Shown here: in pieces, positions 18,208-28,463 of the stretch | Numbering within the stretch: position 1 is the first letter of the stretch | Layout: every line of letters begins with the position of its first letter | Origin: a virus | DNA: 39,567 nucleotides | UHGV virus genome: UHGV-0061228 | Direction: 5' to 3' (one strand) | Notes under the pieces: model-generated | Told to the model about the DNA's origin: nothing | The model's input: only the letters and a program-made list of their open reading frames with translations | Databases searched by the model: none | Position numbers and translations under genes: made by a program

Positions 18208-18506
18208 GGTATGATAAAGCTATATATTTTCAAACGGCAGAACACGGAGCGTACAATCCAGAGACTGGTGATTACGCAGATGACTACGTGACGGAAGTGA
18301 AGAAGTATGGAAGTGTTTCAGATACTGGGACAGAAACGATGAATTTAGTTTACGGTGAGATTAAGCAAGGGAGCTTGACCATCCAACTACAGACGCACTA
18401 TAAGGAGCTATTTCACAGGATTCGCGTTGGAAGGAAAGTATACAGAGTGGATTTTGAACGAAAACTGCGAACAAAGCATGTGTTTGTGGTATCTGAGGTG
18501 CAGTGA
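18204..18506 (+). CDS. head closure/adaptor protein
   Basis: 100 aa. Position between connector genes. Confidence 0.45.
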   Translation: MRYDKAIYFQTAEHGAYNPETGDYADDYVTEVKKYGSVSDTGTETMNLVYGEIKQGSLTIQLQTHYKELFHRIRVGRKVYRVDFERKLRTKHVFVVSEVQ

Positions 18507-18841
18507 TGGCTACGTTAAAAATCGAAGGAATCGCAACGCTAAATAAAGGCTTGAAGAAGCGGATGGACATGAGCGCGGTCAAGACGGTCGTGAAAAAGAA
18601 TGGATCTGATATGCAAAGAAAAGCGCAGAGGAATGCTCCAGTCGATACTGGAACACTGAAAAGGAGTATCGGTATTGACATTTCAGACGGCGGAATGACT
18701 GCCACAGTAGAACCAACAGCTGAGTATGCGCCTTACGTAGAACTTGGAACCCGATTTATGGAAGCGCAGCCGCATTTAAAGCCTGCATTTGAGGAGCAAA
18801 AGAAACAGTTTGAAAAAGATTTGCAAAAGCTTGTGAGGTGA
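18506..18841 (+). CDS. HK97 gp10-family tail/neck component
   Basis: 'APVDTGTLKRSIG.......YAPYVELGTRFM.AQPHLKPA' signature. Confidence 0.65.
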   Translation: MATLKIEGIATLNKGLKKRMDMSAVKTVVKKNGSDMQRKAQRNAPVDTGTLKRSIGIDISDGGMTATVEPTAEYAPYVELGTRFMEAQPHLKPAFEEQKKQFEKDLQKLVR

Positions 18842-18844
18842 GAT

Positions 18845-19228
18845 ATGGATCCACAGCAAGAATTATTTACAAAATTACTTACAGAGATCAAAGCATTAGG
18901 ATATGACGTATATGACGGCTTCTTACCGCCGGATGGTACGCCGTATCCTTTTGTTTATCTCGCAGACAGCCAATTGATCGATGATGCGAATAAGACCGCT
19001 GTGTTTGGCAGTGTCCATCAGACAATCCATGTTTGGCACAACAATCCAAGACAGAGAGGAACGGTATCAAAAATGCTGTTGGCGATCAAAACCACATGCA
19101 GAAGACTGGATCATACCGAAAATTTTGCATGGAATGTCCGGAATGTAAATCAAAGGATTTTACCGGATAAGACCACGAAACAACCGCTCTTACATGGGCT
19201 GTTAGAAATAGAATTTAGTTTTAGTTAG
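18845..19228 (+). CDS. putative tail terminator/tail completion protein
   Basis: 127 aa, immediately upstream of the major tail protein. Confidence 0.4.
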   Translation: MDPQQELFTKLLTEIKALGYDVYDGFLPPDGTPYPFVYLADSQLIDDANKTAVFGSVHQTIHVWHNNPRQRGTVSKMLLAIKTTCRRLDHTENFAWNVRNVNQRILPDKTTKQPLLHGLLEIEFSFS

Positions 19229-19241
19229 AGAGGAGAAAAGT

Positions 19242-19766
19242 ATGTTTAAAACAGGACTACAGTTATTTGCAGAGGCGGTATCTGGCAAGAAAATCGTCTA
19301 TTTGTATCGACTTGCAGGAAAAGCAAAAGAAGAGGCTGCGAAAAATCTTGCGTTTACGACAGAAAATGGAAGAACAAAAAGCAAGGATGCAGACTCTACA
19401 GCAACGAAGGATGGAACGATTCGTACACCTGGGGCTGCGGAAACAGAAATCACGGCTACTGCTATCCTTGCGAAGAAAGATAAGTTGATCTCCGAGTTAG
19501 AGGACGCAATGGATTCGGATGAGTTGCTTGAAATCTGGGAGGCAAACCTTGAGGATCCGGCAGAACCTGGTCCGAATAAGTTTAAGGGCATGTATTTCCA
19601 GGGATATCTCACGGAATTTGAGATCATATCCTCGGCAGATGAAAATGTAGAGGTGTCTCTTACTTTTGGTGTTAACGGCTCCGGAAAACGAGGGGATGTT
19701 ACTGTAACTGCACAGCAGCAGGAAGTAGCAGCTTATGTGTTTAAGGATACGACACAGGAATCGTAA
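19242..19766 (+). CDS. major tail (tube) protein
   Basis: 174 aa, lies between the connectors and the chaperones, followed by a terminator. The N-terminus carries 'GLQLFA'. Confidence 0.6.
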   Translation: MFKTGLQLFAEAVSGKKIVYLYRLAGKAKEEAAKNLAFTTENGRTKSKDADSTATKDGTIRTPGAAETEITATAILAKKDKLISELEDAMDSDELLEIWEANLEDPAEPGPNKFKGMYFQGYLTEFEIISSADENVEVSLTFGVNGSGKRGDVTVTAQQQEVAAYVFKDTTQES

Positions 19767-19837
19767 CCCCCTCTGATGATGCCTTGGTCAGTGGTAGGAG
19801 ATCCGGAAGGGCAAAGAAACAGTTGAGTGATACATAG

Positions 19838-19862
19838 AGGGCGGTAAGACCGCTCTCTTTTA
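19838..19862 (+). terminator. rho-independent terminator (agagggcgg-taaga-ccgctctct + TTTTA)
   Basis: 9-bp stem with one mismatch and a U-run. Confidence 0.5.
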
Positions 19863-19877
19863 ATGGAGGTAAAAAAT

Positions 19878-20288
19878 ATGATGGAATTAACAATTAACGG
19901 ACAGGTGTACCAGTTTAAATTTGGAATGGGATTTTTGAGAGAAATCAACAAGCAGACAAATATGCCTGTGGATGGATTGCCGGGAGTAAAAAAAGACGTA
20001 GGATTCCGATATGCACTTATGAACTTAATAAATGGTGATCCGGATGCATTGGTAAATATCCTTGATGTTGCGAATAAAGGACAGAATCCGAGAGTGACAA
20101 GAGACCTTTTAGATGAGTATATCGACGATGAGGACACAGATATTGATGAACTTACAGAAACAGTAATGGGTTTCTTGAAGAGTGCCAATGCTACGAAAAA
20201 AGCTACGGACGAGATCGTGGACGCTGTGGAGAAAGAGAAACAGAGAATGGAAGAGGAAGAAGCGAAGAAGAGAGAGCTGATGATGTAG
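19878..20288 (+). CDS. tail assembly chaperone (gpG-like)
   Basis: Position before the tape measure. RBS 'ggaggt' precedes the ATG at 19878. Confidence 0.55.
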   Translation: MMELTINGQVYQFKFGMGFLREINKQTNMPVDGLPGVKKDVGFRYALMNLINGDPDALVNILDVANKGQNPRVTRDLLDEYIDDEDTDIDELTETVMGFLKSANATKKATDEIVDAVEKEKQRMEEEEAKKRELMM

Positions 20289-20626
20289 ATTTTGAAGAAT
20301 CCTACAGAGAGGTGGCGTTGAATTGTTTCCGATATCTTGGCTTTAAGAGCTTTGAAGAAGTGGATAGGTTGACAATTCCAGAATACACCTTGCTCATGGA
20401 GGCTGTGCAGCTAAGAGAAGTAGATAAGGACTATCGAAATCATCTGCAAGCATTCCTGAATTTTGCTGTGAAAGCAGAGAAAAAGGTCGGAAAGAATAAG
20501 ACTAAACCAGTTTATCAGAGATTCAGAAAGTTTTTTGATTACGAAAAAGAAGTAGATCGTGTGAGGAACCGAAAGCAAAAAAATGAAAGATTGGACATAA
20601 TCGGCAGAATGATGAAAGGAGAGTGA
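20196..20626 (+). CDS. putative -1 frameshift extension (gpT-like) of the tail chaperone
   Basis: The -1 frame is open from at least 20162 through 20626 across the chaperone stop. An 'AAAAAAG' heptamer lies at 20196-20202. Confidence 0.4.
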
Positions 20627-20630
20627 TGGC

Positions 20631-23405
20631 ATGGCAGAAAGTTTTTCCGTAAAGGCAATATTATCTGCGCAGGATAGAGGATTTACGTCTGCTTTCAAAT
20701 CTGCAATGGGTACCGTAAGCAATTTAAAAAGCACGCTCACGAGTGGAATAGGGTTCGGGATCATGGCCGGAATTGGGCAAAAGGCATTTGGTGCTGTCAC
20801 ATCCAGTATTGGTGGTATGGTGTCAGAGTTAAATTCTTCCAGCGCTGCATGGAAAACATTTAATGGAAACATGTCGATGGTTGGCAAAGGCGCTGACGAG
20901 ATTGCATCTGTAAAAAAGGAATTGCAAGAGTTTGCAGAAGATACGATTTATAGTGCATCTGATATGGCGAGTACTTATGCTCAGTTGAGTGCAGTTGGGA
21001 TTAAAAGTACAAATAAACTCGTGAAGGGGTTTGGAGGTCTTGCTGCGGCAGCTGAGAATCCAAAACAGGCAATGAAAACTTTAAGTCAGCAAGCTACGCA
21101 GATGGCAGCGAAACCAACGGTTGCATGGGCAGACTTTAAGCTTATGATCGAACAGACTCCGGCTGGTATATCGGCAGTTGCAAAGGAAATGGGCATGACT
21201 ACCACAGAGCTTGTGCAGAATGTGCAGGACGGAAAAATCGCGACAGAAGATTTTTTTGATGCTATCGCAAAAGTCGGCACAAATGACGCATTTACGAAGC
21301 TTGCTACAGAGTATAAGACTGTAGATCAGGCAATGGATGGTCTGACCGAAACAGTAAGCAATAAGCTGGCACCGTCATTTGATGTTCTATCCGGTCGAGC
21401 GATCAAGTCCCTAGACGGGATAATAAATAAAATAGGAGATCTTGATGGGGATGCAATCGCAGGGAAATTAACTGGATTTCTCGATAAAGCAAGTGGGTAC
21501 TGGAATGTTTTAAAAACAGAAGCATTGGAAGTAAAGACCGCTTTTGGAGATGCTTTTTCCGCAATCGGCGAAGATCTCGGAAAGATCACCGGTGCGTTTG
21601 GATCCACGGAAAGCATTAGTTCTTTCGCCGGTGTAATGGATTCCGCAAGCGGAGCCTTACAAACATTCGCTGGATTTTTAGAGGAGCATTCCGAGGTTAT
21701 TGCGAAAGTGATTCCTCAGATTCCCAAACTTGTTGTTGCGTATAAGGGCTTTAAGATTGCAAAAAGCGTTGCTCCATTTGTAGGTGCATTCACAAGTGCA
21801 ATTACGGGTCTTGCCGGAGCAGGTATAAGTGCCATCGCAGGAAAACTTTTCGGAATCTCTAAAGGGCAGAGAGAGGTTGGGGTATCGAGCAAAGAAAGTG
21901 TGAAAAGTACTATGGAATCTGCGAAAGCATTTATGATGCTCGGTGCAGGTGTCGCTCTGATTAGTGCAGGGTTTTTCCTGCTTTCCCAGGGGGCAAAGGC
22001 AGTAGCGGACTCGGGTCCTTTAGCAGTTGCAGTTTTAGTTGGAATGGTGGCAGCGATTGCAGGTCTTTTGATCGTTGCAAAAATGGTAGCTCCGACATTA
22101 TCCTCCGGCGCAGCTGGATTTGTTGCGTTCGGTGCAGCTGTTGTTTTGGCAGCGGCCGGAATCGCCGTATTAACTATGTCCGCAATTTCCTTGGCAAATG
22201 CAGGACCTCTTGCAATTGGAGTGATGTTCGGCCTGATTGTAGCAATTGGTGGATTGATGGTCGTAGCGGCTGCAGTAGCTCCTGTCCTTACAGCAGGAGC
22301 TGTTGGTTTGATTGCATTCGGTGTAGCTGCGGCACTTGTTGGAGCGGCAGTATTGCTTGCGAGCGCAGGACTTGCGATCGTTGCAAGTGTACTTCCGATT
22401 GTTGCCGAGTATGGCTTACAGGCATCTGTAGCTATCGGGGCGTTAGGTGCTGCAATGACGGTATTTGGAGCTGGTACGATTGCGGCAGGAGTTGGATGCA
22501 CGGTTCTCGCGGTTGGATTGCTTGCAGTAGGTGTTGCAGTACTTGGTGTCACAGTCGGAGTGGTAGCATTCGGTGTCGCAATGGTAGCAGCATGTGTTGG
22601 TATACTTGCAATGGCGGCGGCGCTATTGGCGGTAAATTCCAGTATGAAGTCCATTGCTAAGAACGCAAAGACAGCGCAGAAATCCATTACCAGCATGAAA
22701 GATTCTGTAAGCATTGTGAATGATGGACTTGATGCTCTTGGTAACAAGGCGAAAAGTGCGGTGAAATCTATTGTAAGCGCATTTGATAACGGCGCAGGAA
22801 AAGCGAGAAACTCTGGACAGAAACTTGGGGACAGTGCAAAAGAGGGTGTACAGAACGGACTACAGCCAACACAGGCAGTCGCAACCAAAACTGTATCTGC
22901 AGTATTATCATCCCTGGCTTCCGGTGCAAGCGGCGCATACAGTAGCGGATACAACATAGGGTTAGGCTTTGCGAATGGTATGTCGGCAACCTTAGGATAT
23001 ATCAGATCAGTTGCGGCGCAAATGGCTGCGGCTGCAGATGCTGCAGTCAGGGCAAAAGCAAAAATCCACAGTCCGTCAAGAGTATTTGCGGGGCTGGGCG
23101 CCTATGTAGGAGAGGGATTTGCGCTTGGAATTGAGTCGATGTCCAGAAAGGTTGCAGAAGCTACGCAGAACATTGTGGAGATCCCAACATTATCCACAGA
23201 CATGAGAATGCGAGCTTCAGGTGCTTTGGATTCTGAACTTTCCGGTGATTATTCTTATAACCGGAATACTACATACACAATCGTTGTTCCAGTTGAGTAC
23301 AACGGAAGAGAAGCGGCACGAGTTACGGCAGAATTTACGCAGAAAGAGCTGGAGAGTCGAGAGAGTATGAGGATGAGACTGAAAGGAGAACGAAGTCATG
23401 TATGA
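20631..23405 (+). CDS. tail tape measure protein
   Basis: 924 aa with an Ala/Gly-rich repetitive TM-like core and a C-terminal 'SPSRVFAGLGAYVGEGFALGI' region. Confidence 0.85.
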   Translation: MAESFSVKAILSAQDRGFTSAFKSAMGTVSNLKSTLTSGIGFGIMAGIGQKAFGAVTSSIGGMVSELNSSSAAWKTFNGNMSMVGKGADEIASVKKELQEFAEDTIYSASDMASTYAQLSAVGIKSTNKLVKGFGGLAAAAENPKQAMKTLSQQATQMAAKPTVAWADFKLMIEQTPAGISAVAKEMGMTTTELVQNVQDGKIATEDFFDAIAKVGTNDAFTKLATEYKTVDQAMDGLTETVSNKLAPSFDVLSGRAIKSLDGIINKIGDLDGDAIAGKLTGFLDKASGYWNVLKTEALEVKTAFGDAFSAIGEDLGKITGAFGSTESISSFAGVMDSASGALQTFAGFLEEHSEVIAKVIPQIPKLVVAYKGFKIAKSVAPFVGAFTSAITGLAGAGISAIAGKLFGISKGQREVGVSSKESVKSTMESAKAFMMLGAGVALISAGFFLLSQGAKAVADSGPLAVAVLVGMVAAIAGLLIVAKMVAPTLSSGAAGFVAFGAAVVLAAAGIAVLTMSAISLANAGPLAIGVMFGLIVAIGGLMVVAAAVAPVLTAGAVGLIAFGVAAALVGAAVLLASAGLAIVASVLPIVAEYGLQASVAIGALGAAMTVFGAGTIAAGVGCTVLAVGLLAVGVAVLGVTVGVVAFGVAMVAACVGILAMAAALLAVNSSMKSIAKNAKTAQKSITSMKDSVSIVNDGLDALGNKAKSAVKSIVSAFDNGAGKARNSGQKLGDSAKEGVQNGLQPTQAVATKTVSAVLSSLASGASGAYSSGYNIGLGFANGMSATLGYIRSVAAQMAAAADAAVRAKAKIHSPSRVFAGLGAYVGEGFALGIESMSRKVAEATQNIVEIPTLSTDMRMRASGALDSELSGDYSYNRNTTYTIVVPVEYNGREAARVTAEFTQKELESRESMRMRLKGERSHV

Positions 23406-24930
23406 TTTTGTAGACACGGGCGAGGTTGGGAGTGAAAACTCCCTGCCAAGTGAGGCCCTGCAGATTGATGGAGAATACATCGAAAATCTAATTGATGGGT
23501 ATAGAACTCTGTATGTGAGTGGACGTGAACTTTTGGAGTCTGAAATCACAGATAGGGAAATCGATAGAATTAGCGGGTCTGAATATCTGGAAAGCCGCAA
23601 CACTACAAGAAACATTACGGTTGGATATCAATTGCTTTGCAAGACCACAAGGGAATTTCGTGATAAGTTTAATAAGATTTCCAGTATTTTAAGTAAGGAG
23701 CAAGTTAAGCTGATTTTTGCAGATGAGCCGGATAAATATTTTATCGGGACAAAATCGAGTGTTGGTGATGTGGAACCGGGAAGAATGAATGTGAAAGGGG
23801 AATTTACTTTCTATTGCTGCGACCCGTGCAAGTATTCTTCCGCTGAAAAGCAGTTTCCCGGTGTACAGCAAGACGGATACCAGACCATTACCATCCAAAA
23901 CAACGGCACCGAATGGGCAGACGTGGACTATGAGATCACGCACCAACACGAAAACGGATTTATCGGACTTGTGAGCCAGTATGGAGTGATCCAGCTCGGA
24001 AAACAGGAAGAGGCGGACGGAGAGAACTACGAAGCGTCCGAAGAACTGTTTAACGGTTACGGCTTGTTTCAAGATGATCATGGCACCTCTTATCAGAATC
24101 CGGAAAACACAACGCAAGGAACGTTGGAAGTACGGAATGTTGCCGGATACAACGTGATGGCATTAAAAGGTGGACAAGTCACATCTGGATACTGGAACGG
24201 TGGAATGAAAACACTTACTATTCCGGTGGACACCGAGGGTAGAGGTGGTGCAAAGAACTTTTACTGCTACACGCAGCACTGGTTCGAAACCGGCTTGATG
24301 GGGCAGACAGGAGCGCAGACCATTGCATTCCTGACTGGAGATAACAAGGTGATATGTGCCATGTCTATTAACAAGAGTGATACGGTTGGTAATACGGCGC
24401 ATGTGGACTGGTTTGCCCCTCAAAACAAGAAAATTAAGACACTGGATTTCCAGCCGACATCCTACGAGGATAACCCGTTTAATTTAAAAATGGGCGGCGG
24501 ACACAATGACTTTTTAAAAGAGGGTGACAAGTTGCGTATTTTCTGGTACGGGAAGTATTACCACTTTACTATCCCGGAGATTAAAGACATGGTGTGTGAG
24601 AAGATACAGGTCTGGATCGGGCAGTGGGGAAGTAGAGATCTTGGAAATCAGCTGGTTACGCACAATTATTTAAAAAGTATCTGGTTCCGTAAGGATAACG
24701 TGGAAAAATACCGAGATGTGCCGAACCGGTATCGTGCCGGAGATGTGGTGTCTATAGATGGAGAGAGTACAAAGGTCTATGTAAACGGGATGCCGGCAAA
24801 AGGAGATGAGATTAATGGATCCAATTATCCAAAAGTGCCACCCGGAACAACAGAAGTGCAGTTCTGCTATTCTTCCTTTTCTTCTCCACCGCCACAGATT
24901 AAAGCGAAAATACGGGAGGTGTATTTATAG
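23398..24930 (+). CDS. distal tail protein (Dit), extended form
   Basis: Immediately after the tape measure. 510 aa. Confidence 0.55.
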   Translation: MYDFVDTGEVGSENSLPSEALQIDGEYIENLIDGYRTLYVSGRELLESEITDREIDRISGSEYLESRNTTRNITVGYQLLCKTTREFRDKFNKISSILSKEQVKLIFADEPDKYFIGTKSSVGDVEPGRMNVKGEFTFYCCDPCKYSSAEKQFPGVQQDGYQTITIQNNGTEWADVDYEITHQHENGFIGLVSQYGVIQLGKQEEADGENYEASEELFNGYGLFQDDHGTSYQNPENTTQGTLEVRNVAGYNVMALKGGQVTSGYWNGGMKTLTIPVDTEGRGGAKNFYCYTQHWFETGLMGQTGAQTIAFLTGDNKVICAMSINKSDTVGNTAHVDWFAPQNKKIKTLDFQPTSYEDNPFNLKMGGGHNDFLKEGDKLRIFWYGKYYHFTIPEIKDMVCEKIQVWIGQWGSRDLGNQLVTHNYLKSIWFRKDNVEKYRDVPNRYRAGDVVSIDGESTKVYVNGMPAKGDEINGSNYPKVPPGTTEVQFCYSSFSSPPPQIKAKIREVYL

Positions 24931-27900
24931 TGGATAACATCAGGATCGCGATTTTAAGCGCGAATAACACACCAGTAGCGTTTATGGACAATCAGCACAA
25001 GAAGTCCATGCACTACTGGGGAGATGAATTGCACGAATACTTACAGGGTGCGGCAAATACTTACACCTTTACGGTGTCCGCAAAGCATCAGGATGCAGAG
25101 AATGTTACCGCCGGGAATAAGGTGGCGTTTATACACAAAGGGAAATCCTACTATCTAAACATCGTAAACACTGAGCAGACAGAGGAGACGATCACAGCTA
25201 CGGCGTGGTCGTTATCTTTTGAGCTAATCAACGAGGATGCCGGAGAGTACAAAGCCGGAAAAGCAATGAGCTTTGAGGAGTACCTTGCCGTTTTTGATGC
25301 TGAGAGAACACTAAAACTGGGGCTCAATGAGGTATCAGACAAGAGGATTACCAACGAGTGGACAGGCACAACATCCATACTGAAAAGGCTGTTTTCTTTG
25401 GCAAACGTATTTTCTGCCGAAATCGAATTTGAAACGGTTTTAAATAAGGACTACTCCTTAAAAGAGATCGTCCTGAATGTCTACCGAGAACGCTCCGACA
25501 CCAACAGCGGAGTCGGAGAATACCGGAATGACATTGTACTGCGGTACGGGAAAGGAATTACCGGAATTCGAAAAACCACAGATGCCGAGAAGCTTTACAC
25601 CTGCATCCAGCCGACCGGAAAGGACGGTCTGACAATCAATGGTCTTGACAAGAAAGAATGCGATGAAAACGGCAATATCGAGTACTTTACAGACGGTGCG
25701 ATCATCCGCGCACCACAGGCAAGGGACCGGTTCCCATCCAACATCGTAAATAAGGCTGATGCTTATATCCTGATGCGTAAAGAGTACGATACAGACAGCA
25801 AGGACAAGCTCTATAGCATGGCTCTGTCTGATCTTAAAACAGCATCTGAACCGGTGGTGACTTACGAGGTGGACGGATATTTTGACACCAACATCGGGGA
25901 CACCGTGAGGATGCAGGATCAGGAGTGGACACCAGTGCTTTATCTACAGGCGAGAGTGTCCGAACAGGTGCGCAGTCTTACCAATCCAAAAACTGCAAAG
26001 ACGGTATTTACAAACTACAAAGAGCTTACATCCGAAATTTCGGATAGCTTGTTGCAGAGGATGGAAGATCTTATCAACAAAAATAAGGTCTACACTTGTT
26101 CCATCTCCACCAACAATGGCATCATCTTTAAAAATGGTATCGGCAGCACTACTCTGACAGCTTACGCTTACGATAACGGCGTGGACGTCACGGGCAATCT
26201 GGAAATCCGGTGGAGTAAAGATGGGACAGAGTTTTACGTTGGCAAGAGTGTTACGGTAAATGCTACTGACGTGGATACAAAGGCGGTGTACTCGTTTGAG
26301 GCTATGGAAAATGGGATAAAACGTGGGTATTACGAGGTTACGATTGCAGATTTAATGGATGGAGAGGACGGAAAAGACGGAGAACAGGGTCCGCAAGGTG
26401 AGAAAGGAGAGCAAGGCGAACAGGGACCTCCGGGTCCACAAGGCGCTCCGGGATTGGATGGTATACAGGGTCCAAAAGGGGATCAGGGAATCCCGGGAAA
26501 AGATGGGAAGGACGGAAAAACACAGTACACCCACATTGCTTATGCAAACAGCGCAGATGGGTCTAAAGATTTTTCTGTTTCTGACAGTAATCGGGAATAT
26601 ATCGGAATGTATGTCGATTTTATTCCGAACGACAGCACAGACCCGACAAAATACGCATGGAGTAAGATCAAAGGCACAGACGGGGCGATCGGAACACCCG
26701 GAAAGCCGGGAGCTGATGGAAAGACCCCGTATCTACATATCGCCTACGCAAACAGTGCAGATGGCAAGACGGGATTTTCCACCACGGATGGTACAAATAA
26801 GCTCTATATCGGGCAGTACACGGATTATACACAGGCAGATAGTACAGATGCTACGAAGTATACATGGACAAAAATAAAAGGCGAACAGGGGGAACGTGGT
26901 CCTCAGGGAGTCCCGGGTTTGCAGGGAATACAAGGTCCTAAAGGTGAACAGGGGATACAGGGACCTCAAGGAAATACAGGTGCTACTGGACCGCAGGGAC
27001 CAGCTGGACAGTCCACCTATTTTCATATCAAGTATTCCTCAGTTGCGAATCCTACATCAAGTAGCCAGATGACGGAAACGCCGTCTACATACATTGGCAC
27101 TTATGTAGACTCTGTTCAGGCGGATAGCACGGATCCAAAGAAATATACCTGGTCACGCTTCCAAGGACTCCAAGGGCCACAGGGAACGCAGGGCATACCT
27201 GGAACGAACGGCACAAACGGCAAGACAAGTTATCTGCACATTAAATATTCCAACGATGGAGGTAAAACGTTTACCGGAAACAGCGGAGAAGATGTGGGAA
27301 CGTATATCGGTACTTGTGTAGATTACAATCAGTCCGATCCTGCAAGTGTTAGATCTTATAAGTGGGCGAAGATTAAAGGGGAAAACGGACAGGATGGTCA
27401 GGATGGAGCAGACGGTCAGGACGGTGTTGGGATTAAATCTATTACAAAATACTACCTCGCATCCGAAAAAAGTACTGGAATCACGGCATCGACTTACGGA
27501 TGGACTACTACGATGCAGTCCATGACGGAAACGAATAAATACCTGTGGAGTTATGACAAGATATACTACACCAACGAAAAAACAGTAAACACAACACCTG
27601 TGATCATTGGAGTACACGGGCAAAACGGAAGTGACGGAACATCGGGCATCATCATATCTCAGACAGCACCGGAAAATCCAAAGGTAGGACAGCTCTGGCA
27701 GACCGCAAGCGGAGAGCCGATTAAAAGATGGGATGGAAGTAAATGGGTGATCTATTACATTTCCGTAGAGAATCTGAATGTAGAGACGCTAAGTGCGATT
27801 GCCGCAAACCTCGGAACTGTAACCGCTGGACTTATAAAGAGTCTGGACGGACACTTTTTTATCCAAGTAAATACCGGAGAGATCTACTCTGAAGATGAAA

Positions 27901-28451
27901 ACGGGATAAACAGCTCTGCAATAAGCAAGGGTGTATTTGTGGCGAATGGGATGAGCAGCGGCAGACACACAAGCTTATCTATATTCCCAACGCAGATTGC
28001 GCAGTATTTTGACGGAGCCACCATTTCAAACCTTGTTAATTTTAAACGGGACGGTATATTTGTTAAAAACTCCGGATCATACGAAATAAACATATCTAAA
28101 GCAACAAATTATGACTCCGGAAAAATAAAAGGACCATTCGCCAGCACAAACTCATCCAACTATATACAGGCGGAGCTAATAAGGAGAGGGTGCGTGGTTA
28201 CATGTAAAATCACAGCGCTTATACAGTTTCCGAACACGGGATCACACGGGCCATTTGAAGAATTAAGGATCCCTATAGGATATCGACCAGCCGTAGACAT
28301 AGTAGAGACGTACAGCGAATTGGTTGGTACGTCAGTTATCGGGACTGGCAGATATTACATCACAAAAGATGGAGGAGTATCCATTGTAACTGGCAAGACA
28401 GATTACTGTGAGCGTATAAAGACATTTACATGGATCACAGATGACGAGTAA
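24930..28451 (+). CDS. tail-associated/tip protein (Tal, anti-receptor-like) with collagen-like repeats
   Basis: 1173 aa. The N-terminal region follows the usual siphophage tail-tip pattern. Internal G-X-Y triple-helix runs are present. Confidence 0.7.
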   Translation: MDNIRIAILSANNTPVAFMDNQHKKSMHYWGDELHEYLQGAANTYTFTVSAKHQDAENVTAGNKVAFIHKGKSYYLNIVNTEQTEETITATAWSLSFELINEDAGEYKAGKAMSFEEYLAVFDAERTLKLGLNEVSDKRITNEWTGTTSILKRLFSLANVFSAEIEFETVLNKDYSLKEIVLNVYRERSDTNSGVGEYRNDIVLRYGKGITGIRKTTDAEKLYTCIQPTGKDGLTINGLDKKECDENGNIEYFTDGAIIRAPQARDRFPSNIVNKADAYILMRKEYDTDSKDKLYSMALSDLKTASEPVVTYEVDGYFDTNIGDTVRMQDQEWTPVLYLQARVSEQVRSLTNPKTAKTVFTNYKELTSEISDSLLQRMEDLINKNKVYTCSISTNNGIIFKNGIGSTTLTAYAYDNGVDVTGNLEIRWSKDGTEFYVGKSVTVNATDVDTKAVYSFEAMENGIKRGYYEVTIADLMDGEDGKDGEQGPQGEKGEQGEQGPPGPQGAPGLDGIQGPKGDQGIPGKDGKDGKTQYTHIAYANSADGSKDFSVSDSNREYIGMYVDFIPNDSTDPTKYAWSKIKGTDGAIGTPGKPGADGKTPYLHIAYANSADGKTGFSTTDGTNKLYIGQYTDYTQADSTDATKYTWTKIKGEQGERGPQGVPGLQGIQGPKGEQGIQGPQGNTGATGPQGPAGQSTYFHIKYSSVANPTSSSQMTETPSTYIGTYVDSVQADSTDPKKYTWSRFQGLQGPQGTQGIPGTNGTNGKTSYLHIKYSNDGGKTFTGNSGEDVGTYIGTCVDYNQSDPASVRSYKWAKIKGENGQDGQDGADGQDGVGIKSITKYYLASEKSTGITASTYGWTTTMQSMTETNKYLWSYDKIYYTNEKTVNTTPVIIGVHGQNGSDGTSGIIISQTAPENPKVGQLWQTASGEPIKRWDGSKWVIYYISVENLNVETLSAIAANLGTVTAGLIKSLDGHFFIQVNTGEIYSEDENGINSSAISKGVFVANGMSSGRHTSLSIFPTQIAQYFDGATISNLVNFKRDGIFVKNSGSYEINISKATNYDSGKIKGPFASTNSSNYIQAELIRRGCVVTCKITALIQFPNTGSHGPFEELRIPIGYRPAVDIVETYSELVGTSVIGTGRYYITKDGGVSIVTGKTDYCERIKTFTWITDDE
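26361..27425 (+). repeat. collagen-like (G-X-Y) segments alternating with four roughly 55-aa repeated modules ('YxHIxYxxx..G...F......YIGxYxDxxxxDSTDxxKYxWxKIKG')
   Basis: Direct reading of the translation. Confidence 0.75.
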
Positions 28452-28463
28452 AGGAGCGAAAAA

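Noticed and set aside
21716-22957. 413-aa ORF on the - strand
   Set aside because: It lies entirely antisense to the tape measure gene, within its Ala/Gly-rich repetitive core. The low-complexity A/T/P composition is a typical antisense artefact.
26359-26877. 172-aa + strand ORF in an alternative frame
   Set aside because: It is internal to the Tal gene across the collagen-like GXY repeats. Repetitive DNA keeps alternative frames open.
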